NCBI GenBank assembly: GCA_010093745.1
Contig: MU005958.1
Location: 434,001-498,000, forward strand
Direction of reading: 5' to 3'
Length of the DNA stretch: 64,000 nucleotides
DNA from: Piedraia hortae CBS 480.64
Lineage: Eukaryota
The position numbers and the translations under genes are program-made. Under the pieces are notes generated by a model that made no database searches, had not been told where the DNA came from, and saw only the letters and a list, made by a program, of their open reading frames with translations. Of this stretch, positions 11,208 through 21,258 are shown one piece after another (within the stretch, counting starts at the first letter, position 1; the number at the start of each line of letters is the position of its first letter).

Positions 11208-13302
11208 AGATTGAACTGATTTTGAACACCAACATTTCACCGCTAAGCAGATCCCGCCTAGCGCCCAATAGGGACATATATGAACGTAAAAACTGTCTTT
11301 TACAATAGATTGATGGTAGGTATCCATTGTCCACGGACTTTGGTTGAGAAGTGGGTGTCCCATGAAACCTGTGTTTTCACGCTATAAAGTCTCAAGCAAA
11401 GAGAATTCTGAACGAAGTGCAATCATACATAATAGCTAACATCAGATTGCCTCAAAGGCGCCGATGTCAGGCCAATGGCTACTTTGAAACAGCTGTCAGG
11501 CGAATTTTACACAGGAATATACACTTTTGTTCAGTTTACTCGGGACTTTGGTATGCATCTGGAAAAAAAAATGGCTCTCAAATGGTATAAAAATGTTAAT
11601 CAAGCGCGTGTGCTAATGAATGTTTGCATACATATAGCATAGGCTAGGGTAGAAGTCTAATGGCGACAGATTTGGTGAATGCAATGCCCCTTAATTCGCC
11701 AAAGATACCAATGCTATTTTTATGGATACTATGGAGGACAGTGTTTGAGTGTTTGATACCGCCACCTATTGGTCTACCGTAATGTTTGCGACAGACACTG
11801 GTAGCGGCTCCCCAACGACAATCTGTCTTGAGCTAACTTCCAAAGCTTCTTGTATATATAAGGCTGTGGCCCGACTTTAGTAGCGGAGTTTTGGAGATTC
11901 TGTTTCTCTTCTCCATCACCAACGGCTGCTGGGCGACCTAGCTACTTATCATCCCCCACAAATCTCTCGGGACTCAAAACGTTTCTGGATCAAGCATGTA
12001 ATCACACACCGAGGAGATCCCTACACTCAGGTTCGTCAGTCGACCTTACAATGAGCTGCAAAAACAAATCAAAACTCGCTCGACTGTTTTTGCCTCCAAC
12101 ATACCTTAAGTAGCATGCCCCTTGCCTGTAATCCCGTCCCACAAAACAAACTTTCCACCGGCAAAAACCCTGTCCACAGTATCACATAGGTAATGTGATT
12201 CCATTCCCGGAAAGGACCGGAAAATGTGGCGTTCCGATCGGCAATTGTGATCTTCAGGGGTGCATACGGAACTGACGGTGTGTCCTGCACTAGAACGCAA
12301 AATACCATCTGAATAAACACCGTGAATCACCACATTTGCATGTAGACACGTCAAAAGAAGCACCGGGGAAGATGTAAGGATACACTGGATGAGCCACTCC
12401 ATTAGAGGACGTGGTCTGTAGGAAGACTTCCTCGCCCAACAAGATCATTTTCCTGGGCGTGGTGTGCTGGTATGAAGTCTCGCTGCTACGAGAGTGACCG
12501 CAAACTACACAAGATCTCTATAGTTTTCTCCCACGTGGGGATTTCTTCCTGGTTCGCGATCACGCCTGTGGTGTGGCGAGTGTGCTCCCGATGACAGGGT
12601 GTCATGGGATTGATATTTCAGCTGTCAGCCCAGGATGGGAAAAGGGATCTAGAACAAGGATATGACTCCTTGGACACTCCGGTGCTGGGGTTAACGTGAC
12701 TAGTTCTTGACCGAACTGCTCAGCTCCTGAGCGAAGGCTAAGCCCGTCTCCGATTCAGATGTACCCCTTAGTTCCCAAATTCCAGAAACTGTGTTCCATG
12801 TCCTTCCTGCTCTCACTTTCTGTGTCCATGTTGCACATATAGCTACGCCCCGAATGTCATGTACATGCGCGAATACGATGCCCATGAATGTTAACTCGAG
12901 TTGCCTGGTTGACTTTTCGCTTATTTGCTAGGATACTATGGGCATGGGTAAGATGGGTTTGTTGTGGCTCTGGATGTGCATAACCACTGTTGTTTGGTTT
13001 GCTTTGAAACATAAGTCTTTCCACTTTGGAGCAGATTGATACGAGAACACACGCAGACTGATCCTATTCGCCACCAGTCGGTACCTTGACATGGTTTACA
13101 TACAGAGGAGAGGTCGGTGAATAGCTTCTGGACCAATATCGAAGGAGACCTGTCTTCAGAGTGTGGGCATGGGTCCATTAACTACTTTGTGCTAATTGCT
13201 GAAAGTCCGTCAGGGAATCAAAACAGAACATTGTTCACGAGCTGTCAATTAGCATAGCCTGTGCTCAATCCAACTTCCAATATGTCCGCGTCACCCTACC
13301 AA

Positions 13303-13712
13303 TCAGTCCCCTACTTCCCCCAAGCAAATTATGCAACAAAATCTCGTACCCTGCGCACCAGCTCCCTCTATAACCCATTTGATATGGGGCCAAGCTTGGC
13401 GGAGTCCCATGAACCTCTTCTTGCGCGGATGGCCGTAGAGGAGGTGGTCACAGCCGCTGCGGGATATGAAGCCTGCGTAGCCCTTCGGTAGAGCATCGAA
13501 CTGCACGCCTGTCGACGGTAGACGCAGCTCCTCTGCCCACCTCAACGCAAGATTCTCGAGCCACTATTGTTCTTCCGGGATTAAGCTGGAGTATTTTGGC
13601 GGGCGGTGGGTTTCTGTCTCGGTTAGTGTACATTTTGTGTTGGGTGGAGAGGGCACGTACCATCCCCATCGGTATAGCTGCCTATGGGGATTATGATTGG
13701 GCCGTGTAACAT
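13303..13712 (-). pseudogene. Stand-alone Clr2 N-terminal (transcription-silencing) domain gene interrupted by one in-frame TAG
   Basis: ATG 13712 and a 47-nt intron 13660-13614 (GTACGT..ACTAAC..CAG). Spliced: MLHGPIIIPIGSYTDGD/ETHRPPKYSSLIPEEQ*WLENLALRW..ALPKGY..DHLLYGHPRKKRF..WPHIKW..CCIIC. This matches the remembered Clr2-N motifs (IPI..SDGD, LPxGY, DxxLYGHP, PH, terminal Cys cluster). TAG at 13566-13564. Confidence 0.75.
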
Positions 13713-14429
13713 TGACGTGAATGAATCGAGCTCTCCTGTGCATAGCAAGTTCTGCCAAGATGGGTCTGTAATGGACCGCGCGGGGAGGATGGTTTAAATG
13801 GTGGCTGGTTGAGTCGCCAGAGGGCATCATGCGACGGCTGGGGTCTGGGAGTTGCCGAAATGGTGGGTTGCGGTGAAAGTGTCCCATCAGTGGGAAGGCT
13901 TGGAGGAGCTGTGTTAGACTTGGGGGCACTAGCGTCATTTAGAGGAATACAGAGGGCAATGGGAGAATCCGATGGATTGGTATTGGGGAGTAGGGTGTCT
14001 TTGCGCGACAATTTTTTTTGCTGCGAGGCAGTGTGCGCCAAATCGTGGGAGAAGGCAGGAAGGCTTGCAGGGCCATTTTTCCTTGGTGTCGCGAGGATGT
14101 GAATGAATGAGCAAAGTTGATGTGAGTGTCGTGTGTTGTGGGGCTATCTTTGCTATAGCCATTCACAGCTTGGCATTCTGGGGTAACCAAAATCTTCCTC
14201 ACTCCGGCCTCACTTGGTATAGCCCCAAAGTTTGGCTCGACAAGTTTTCAAACGGCTGGAGAGCCACCCACACACACACAAGTCCGGATCATTAGCTAAT
14301 ATCAGGGATTATGACAACAGCTAGACGGCGATGTAGTCAGTGGTGCATATTCTGTCAATACATACAGCGCTACCATAATCAAGTAGCAGCTGCATTACGG
14401 TCAAACCTGGACATCGCGCACACTTGATG

Positions 14430-14474
14430 CAGCGGATTGCTCTTTACAGCGGATTGCTCTTTACAGCAGATTGC
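14430..14474. repeat. 18-bp tandem repeat, about 2.5 copies (CAGCGGATTGCTCTTTA-type unit)
   Basis: cagcggattgctctttacagcggattgctctttacagcagattgc read directly from the sequence. Confidence 0.8.
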
Positions 14475-15249
14475 CAGCACCCCCAAATTGACCTCCACTT
14501 AACTGTAAGTACCTGGAAACCGCGAATCCCTCATATAGCGAGCAGTATTCTCGCGTCAAATCCATCCGCTATAACCAGGCTCGACCGTACTGGAGTCATA
14601 AACTAAGTCCCAAACCTACACAGCTTCATAATCCTCCATCGATCATCCGTGAATTTTGCCAGGGTCTTATGTTGGCGTAAAACCTAACGAGAGTCCACAA
14701 GCCCATGAACATTGAAGGTACACATGTTACAATGTGTATGTAATCTTTGGCTTATCCTCAGACCGAAGCATCACCGACAGCGGGTGCATGTGCAAAAATA
14801 GCAGCACCGAAGAAGAGCATCGTCTTGTGAGCAAAATATTGATGGATGCCTTCGACTTGTGACCGAATGCAATGTATATTGTGGGGTTTCAGGCGATCCA
14901 TGTTTCCTCAGCGAACGTTGCTAAAATTTGATCAAGCGGCTGCGGCCGCTCGCGGCCTTCCGCGTACTAGTCTAAGGTCCTACCTTAACGACCCATCTGG
15001 AAAGTTTGCCCCCTAAAGAGCGTACCTAATCGAAACAAAAAGTTGTCGCATGCCTCTTTCAACATTCGATGGATGAAAGTTGGAGATGAAAAGAGTGAAG
15101 CATAAGTTTGTGTACGTATCGCAAATTCTCGAACGTGATTTGCTTTATCCAAACCTCCGGGCTAGTTCGGTAAGGTAACCGAATCCGGTAAAGCGTTACG
15201 AGCTGAACTGCCAATGATGACTTGATTTTTGTTGACAATTCTCCTTATC

Positions 15250-16594
15250 ATGAAATCTGTCAGGGACCAAACAACCAGCCGAATATCCATTTTCGAGCAT
15301 GACGATGCAGGAAACGAAGTGGCAAGCTACTACTGCAGCCCAGCTGACGAGGGGATTGGACGCATTGGTAGGCCATCCTCAACGTGTGGCAAGATAACGG
15401 GTCTGATGAGCAGACATTGCGTTGCCTCAGGCCAAGCCAGTATGGCAGCAATTACTTGACGTTTTTCTGCCCACGGGATACCCACAGAGCGTAACAAAGG
15501 ACTATTTGAAATATCAAATCTACGATTCCTTGCAGGCATTTGCCAGTGGAATTGCCGGGTTGCTTTCGTCAAGGGCAGTGTTAAGCAGCGTTGGAGTTGG
15601 TGATTCAGACGCATCGCCCACGGCTGCGTTGCTGCTGTCGGTGCTGCAAGAATCAGCCGGTCGAGTGGCCACTATCCTGTTCGCCCATCGGCTTGGAACG
15701 GCTTTAGAGCCAGAGTGCAAGATGTACCGTCTCCTGGCCGATGTTCTCAACGACCTTGCCTTTGCCCTGGACTGTCTCTCTCCTGTGTTTCCCAAAACGG
15801 TGCGTGTCTTTGTACTTGCCGGCAGCAGCGTCTTGAGGGCCCTGTGTGGTGTTGCGGCTGGGTCGGCCAAGGCAAGCCTAAGCGCTCACTTCGCATGCTG
15901 GGGTAATCTGGGCGAGCTTAATGCCAAGGATTCGAGCCAGGAGACGATCATCTCTTTGCTCGGTATGCTCGTTGGCAGCCTCGTGGTGTCACGTGTTACA
16001 AGGCCAACAGCAACTTGGACCATGCTCGTCATATTGCTATCGATGCATCTGGAGCTGAACCGGCGGGCAGTGCGAGCAGTGAGCTTACGTACGCTTAACA
16101 GGCAGAGGGCCACATTGGTATATCACCAACTCAAACGCGGACATGTTCCGTCACCATATCAGGTAGCACGAGATGAAAGGATATTCGAGCGAGACGGCGT
16201 GCTCCGCGATGAGAAGGGGAAGATAATGGGCCATTGTGCCATTGGCTGCCCAGTGAAACAGTGGCTGGCTGCATTGCCGGCCCATTCTTCACAGCGTATT
16301 GACATGAACGCTCTTTCAACGATTGTCACGAATAGCCGAGACAAAGCCTACCTTGTGGTCTTTGTTGCTGCACCTCGGCTTCAGGTGCGCATACTAATGA
16401 AACAAGAAGCCAGGCCCTTGGACGGGTTGACGGCTTGGTGGCATGCTCTCGCCCTTGCCGAAGGCTGCGATGACCCAGCAGAAAGAGCGGCTTCGTTGAG
16501 CAGATATACGGAAAGATTACGGATGGCTGGCTGGGACACTGAAAGCAACGCACTGGAAACGAATGCCAAGACTCGGTGCTTCGTGCCGAATTAG
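15250..16594 (+). CDS. RUS1/DUF647 family membrane protein
   Basis: VFLPTGYPQSVTKDYLKYQIYDSLQAF, GVGD, ELNAKDSSQET and TLNRQRA. Intron 15368-15413 links an N-terminal exon starting MKSVRD. Confidence 0.9.
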
Positions 16595-16654
16595 TCAGCG
16601 GTCTCGGCCCCGGCTTCGTCATTTACCCCTCCACATTCGTCCCTTTCAACCAAC

Positions 16655-17278
16655 ATGGCCATGTTCAACGGGAAACGCATACCCAACCTGTCGCAATACA
16701 TTGCCGACCTTAACCAGCCGGTGCAAGAGTACACTGCACCCGATTATGATCGGCTGGACCTCTTGACCACAACCAACTACTTTGACTTCGATGCGCTAAG
16801 CGCGCCTCCGGAAGACAAAGCGCTAGTCGGTGACTTCCAGGCCAGCGATTTCCAAACCAACGACTTCCAGGTTGGCGAGTTTGATGCCACCGATCTCAAG
16901 ACAAATGAATTCCAAAATACCAACTTCAAAGCCACCGATTTCCAGGCCTACCCGCCAGTTCTACCGTATGCGCCGATGCCCGAAATGATGCCAACACCTA
17001 TATCAGGCACAACGCCAGCGACAAAAGCCAACGAGGCAGCGCAGTTGGCGGCTGAAGAAGATAAGAGGAGGCGCAACACAGCAGCTTCGGCGAGGTTCCG
17101 AGTTAAGAAGAAGCAGCGCGAGCAAGCGCTGGAAAAGCAAAACCGTGAAATGGGCATCAAGCTCAAAGAATACGAGGCCAAAATTGAAAAGCTAGAGCAG
17201 GAAAACGAATGGCTACGAGATCTGGTTACAAAATCTGGCCATGTACTTGGGGGAGAACCCAAAGGAGAGTCGGTATAG
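16655..17278 (+). CDS. metR: bZIP sulfur-metabolism regulator MetR/Cys-3-like
   Basis: N-terminal KRIPNLSQYIADLN and bZIP AEEDKRRRNTAASARFRVKKKQREQALE..LEQENEWLRDL, both characteristic of MetR/Cys-3. Confidence 0.8.
   Translation: MAMFNGKRIPNLSQYIADLNQPVQEYTAPDYDRLDLLTTTNYFDFDALSAPPEDKALVGDFQASDFQTNDFQVGEFDATDLKTNEFQNTNFKATDFQAYPPVLPYAPMPEMMPTPISGTTPATKANEAAQLAAEEDKRRRNTAASARFRVKKKQREQALEKQNREMGIKLKEYEAKIEKLEQENEWLRDLVTKSGHVLGGEPKGESV
16832..16951 (+). repeat. Coding 15-bp minisatellite, 8 copies of (D/E/N)F(Q/K/D)xx, inside the bZIP gene
   Basis: Units read DFQAS DFQTN DFQVG EFDAT DLKTN EFQNT NFKAT DFQAY. Confidence 0.85.
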
Positions 17279-17348
17279 AGTAGGAAGCATGTGACGATTC
17301 AACGGAATTCAGCCAATGGTAAACATTCAAATGCACCACAACGTCATT

Positions 17349-18248
17349 TCAGAAAAAGGCGCGGACGGCAATTCCCAGCAGCCAGGCCACATCTTCTTTC
17401 CACCTGCTTTCGTCTTCCTCATCCGGCGGAGGTGGGGGCGGGGGAAGCTTGGCATTCCCACTGTGCCTCCCCTCGCTCTCATCGTCTGCACCAAAGTCGT
17501 AATCGTCGCGGTGATCGTTGAACATGCCCAGAGACATGAATTTGTCTACCAAACCACCCAGCCCAAACGATGCTCGTGAAGTTAGTTTTCCCACCACTGT
17601 CTCTTCGTCTTCTCTATCATCTTCATCTACAAAGTCGGGCTGCATGTGAAAGAAGTTGTCATCAACGTAGCTGCTATCATGGGGGCCGTGGTCCGGTCGG
17701 TTGGCGTCCGTCATGCTACCACGCCGACTCCCTCTACGACTCGTTGTACGACTACCATATCTGCTACCCCAACATGAAGGGGTACGGGGGGCTTTGGCGG
17801 CACCTTGGGCAGCCAGCTCTTCGTAGCCCTCGTCGTAATCCTCCTCGTCGACTTGGTTGGCCGTGTTCGGCCCGTACTCTTGAATAAATGACTGGTTCCG
17901 CCAGCTTTGGCCCTTTGATTCGGCAACCAGGGCATGGGCAGACGCGCTGGCGCGGAGGAGCCATTCGTCGTCTGCTGCTTTAGTCCTGGAGCCGGCCTTG
18001 CGGCGGGAAAGACGGGGCTGAACAGCACCAAGAGCCAAATCAGACTTGTGGCGCGGCATGGGCGACAGGCCATCGCGGCCAGTATAGGATGGGGTGTGGA
18101 GGATTGCAGGTGTGCTGGGGGCGGATTTGCCCTGAATGTACGACGACGTGTGGACTTGTTTGTCGACCAGCGCCTCGGATGACGGCGTGGTCAACGGCGC
18201 CAGCCGCAGGTTTGCGAGGTTTGTCGTCGACCGTTTCTTTCTCTCCAT
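17349..18248 (-). CDS. Fungal conserved protein (DUF3984-like)
   Basis: RSTTNLANLRLAPLT, SYIQGKSAPSTPAIL, DDEWLLRA, ESKGQSW and C-terminal W..DVAWLL. Confidence 0.75.
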   Translation of the reverse strand: MERKKRSTTNLANLRLAPLTTPSSEALVDKQVHTSSYIQGKSAPSTPAILHTPSYTGRDGLSPMPRHKSDLALGAVQPRLSRRKAGSRTKAADDEWLLRASASAHALVAESKGQSWRNQSFIQEYGPNTANQVDEEDYDEGYEELAAQGAAKAPRTPSCWGSRYGSRTTSRRGSRRGSMTDANRPDHGPHDSSYVDDNFFHMQPDFVDEDDREDEETVVGKLTSRASFGLGGLVDKFMSLGMFNDHRDDYDFGADDESEGRHSGNAKLPPPPPPPDEEDESRWKEDVAWLLGIAVRAFF

Positions 18249-18399
18249 TGGCTATTAGATGAAGACTCCTATCCAACGGTATGATGAGGACGTGGGGACG
18301 GCACGTGATGACGACACGGCATCGCGGCGTCGAAGGGTGACAGCAGCCACGCTGCCCTTCAACCCACCACACGCTCCTACAACAGCTAAATTAACAGCT

Positions 18400-19242
18400 A
18401 TGAGCAGTGTGATGGTGTCTGACGGTGCCTTTGCTCCGCACCTTCTCTCGCGCCGCAGTCCCGCCTTCCCCCACGACCGCGATGTCGGCAATGCCCATCG
18501 CAAGCGCAAGGCGTCCGAGGATCGAGACGACCGCATGTCTACGTCGCCGACGGCCTCGCCAGCCATGCCACACATAGCCAGCTCGCACCGTACCAAGCGT
18601 CTCCGCATGGCGCCCCTACCGGCCTCGCAGTCTCTGCCCCTAAACCGTGTGTTGGAGTCGCTGCCGCGGGAGAAGCTCACGACGCTCGTTCTGGACCTGT
18701 GTGAAACGCGGCAAGAGTTCGCTGCGGAGCTTGCCAACCGGGCCCCGCGCCCCACGGTCGATGAGACCATGACGGTGCTGTCCCGCTACGAACGACTGTT
18801 CCGTGACGCCATCCCTAAGGGCAACGTAACGCCCAACTACGCCTTTGGCCGCACACGCCACCAGCTGACGGATCTTATTACTGCTTTGCATGACTACACG
18901 TCGGCGTTCATTCCACCGCGGGAAACCCAACCGTTTGTCTCTCTCAGCTTTCTCGACGCGGCCACGAATCTCATCCATAGCCTACCGAATTGGAACTCGT
19001 ACGAATACATGCGTTTGAAAAACGAAGCCTATGGCGAGCTCGCAGGGCCCTGGGCCGTCGCCGTCGTCGAGTCGGCCAAAAAAGCCGCCGGCTATCGTTT
19101 ACAATTCGAAGGGTGGGACGAGAAGCTCCTGGAACATAACGCGAAGACGGGCGGCAGATTCACCACCGCCGTTGCGGAATTGGAATCCCTTGGTTTCGGA
19201 ACAAATGCCTCTTCGACTGTGACAAGACGTACGAACTGGTAA
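18400..19242 (+). CDS. STS1: Nuclear proteasome tethering factor Sts1/Cut8
   Basis: RKRKA NLS, LPLNRVLESL, APRPTV and SLSFLDAATNLIHSLPNW. The frame is open from an upstream ATG at 18259, but 18400 is the likelier start. Confidence 0.85.
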   Translation: MSSVMVSDGAFAPHLLSRRSPAFPHDRDVGNAHRKRKASEDRDDRMSTSPTASPAMPHIASSHRTKRLRMAPLPASQSLPLNRVLESLPREKLTTLVLDLCETRQEFAAELANRAPRPTVDETMTVLSRYERLFRDAIPKGNVTPNYAFGRTRHQLTDLITALHDYTSAFIPPRETQPFVSLSFLDAATNLIHSLPNWNSYEYMRLKNEAYGELAGPWAVAVVESAKKAAGYRLQFEGWDEKLLEHNAKTGGRFTTAVAELESLGFGTNASSTVTRRTNW

Positions 19243-19728
19243 AGGGAGTCTGCGGTGAGGCAGAGGTACATACACTGGTCTGTTTTTGCGCTACGTTGCA
19301 CTGCATCTTGTTTCTTCGTCTTTTTTTTATCGTGTCTGATTCATCGTTTAGCATGGATGAGGATTATGGAGGGGGTATATGCATAGGACAGCCATATGAA
19401 GATAGAAGGGTGAACGTCGAATTGAGAAGAGAGGAAAACCATTAGCATCACTTGTGGTGTGCATTATCCCAATCACATTGCAGCCGTTGGAGCTGTACCT
19501 GTGTCTACATTAGTTCTGCGGTATATGTGCGCGCAAATACTTGCAGATGCATGCATATGTCCATGTCCGTTTCGATTACACTCACTACATAGCTGCTGTC
19601 TAAACAACACCTTCCTCCTCATCGTCAATGGGTATAATAAAAATCGAAAAAATGAAAAAAGAACATATATAAAAAAAAATGTTCCTTGGCAGGTGCAAAG
19701 AGATCCCCACCCACCCACATCCGTCTTT

Positions 19729-20781
19729 TCAGCTCTCTTCTCTGAGCGCCTGACTTTTTCTCTTTGCGACCCTGTTCACTCCGCTGCTGAATCTGCCGCC
19801 CAATTTCCTCCACATGCCCGAATCGCGAGCCCTTGGAGCAGTCGAGGATGGTGAAACAGTCGAGGTTGGGCTATTGTCCGCTTGCGAATCGTTGTTTTCC
19901 CTTGGGAAACTGTAGCGTGTTTTTCGAGATGTGCTGTTTTCCCCTACGCCAACGTTTCCTCCGCCCTGGTCTGCCGCGGGCCCAAAGGCGTTGTCGGATG
20001 ATTTACTCCCACTTACGGGGGATATCCTAACGCTTTGTCTGGCTCGTCGCAGAGATGAAGATATGTTTTTGGCTTTTTGATTTACGGGAGAGTGCGTTCG
20101 GGAGGAAGAGGCTGATGATTGGGCTGTTTTCGCAGACACCGAGCACGGCTGCGGAGGGGGAGAACTCAGTGTCTGCAGCGGCGGAAGGGACAGCGGTGGC
20201 GGTGGTGACAGGCTGTTAAGAAAAGGAACCAGCACAGAACTCTCCATTAGATCATACATTTGGTCTACGGCTGGCTTCAGATGATCTGGGTCAGGTGGCA
20301 TTTCTCCCATTTGTTCGTGCACACAGAGTATAGGATCCCGAACGTCAGATGAGAGATTGACTTCTCGCGTTCCGTTGGGTCGAATGTACGCTCTGATAAG
20401 CCTCGTCCATAGCGACTGTACCAGATCTCGGTCTTGGTTCGGCGGCAACTGTCCGTCCGTTGCCCGTTCCATCATGCTGCTATAGTGGCTGCGGTACCGG
20501 CGAGCGTCCATGGTAAACTCGAGCGTCTCAAGACAGTGGTTGCTTGCAAGATAGGCAATGAAGGCGGCCAGCGTCCAGGGCGCAGGCGATGTGTTGGCCA
20601 GTATCTGCGAAAGATTCGGCCGCTGCGGGCCCGGCATCATCAAGAGAGTGCGCGGGCGGAACGATGCGTCGCTGCCGCCTGAAGCCTCGGCGTCGCTGTC
20701 CCAGTCCGTCAGGGCGGTTGCCTTGGACTCGGCCGAGGATGTGGACGAGTCGGACAGAGACGAGGCTTTGTGGGAGATCAT
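19729..20781 (-). CDS. RGS-domain protein (RgsA-like)
   Basis: PNLSQILANTSPAPWTLAAFIAYLASNHCLETLEF, YIRPNGTREVNL and LMESSVLVPFL. Start codon uncertain. Confidence 0.88.
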   Translation of the reverse strand: MISHKASSLSDSSTSSAESKATALTDWDSDAEASGGSDASFRPRTLLMMPGPQRPNLSQILANTSPAPWTLAAFIAYLASNHCLETLEFTMDARRYRSHYSSMMERATDGQLPPNQDRDLVQSLWTRLIRAYIRPNGTREVNLSSDVRDPILCVHEQMGEMPPDPDHLKPAVDQMYDLMESSVLVPFLNSLSPPPPLSLPPLQTLSSPPPQPCSVSAKTAQSSASSSRTHSPVNQKAKNISSSLRRARQSVRISPVSGSKSSDNAFGPAADQGGGNVGVGENSTSRKTRYSFPRENNDSQADNSPTSTVSPSSTAPRARDSGMWRKLGGRFSSGVNRVAKRKSQALREES

Positions 20782-21258
20782 CTCATGCGGAGACTACGCT
20801 ATGCACGGGAGGAAACGTCGGATGTCATCCACGATGTGACAATTATGAATTAGGAGATAAAAAAGTGACACGGGGACGGAAGAAGAGGGGAGAAGAGGCC
20901 AAGAAGAAAACGCAAGCCATGTGGGGATGGTGGCGGCGTCTCAAACGACTGAGCGCTGTGACTGACTAATCCTCCCGTCGCCCCGCTGCTTCTCCCGCGC
21001 TTCCAGGCCAATCAGGAGCCGCCGTCCAGGCCATCGAAGCCCCCCCACCTTTGCAGACTAGCGTTTAGCCGCTCCATCACAGATTACGCTAACAGACGTC
21101 AACTGACGCAAAAAAAGATTCAACGTTTTGTGTCTTTATCAGGAGACGCTGCAAATATCCAGAGCAAACAGCATGAACTCAGAAAAAGACAATAGCGTCT
21201 ATGTAGGAAATTACAAATTTTTAGAAATCGTGTATCGTTGTATCCATCTAAGCCCGTG

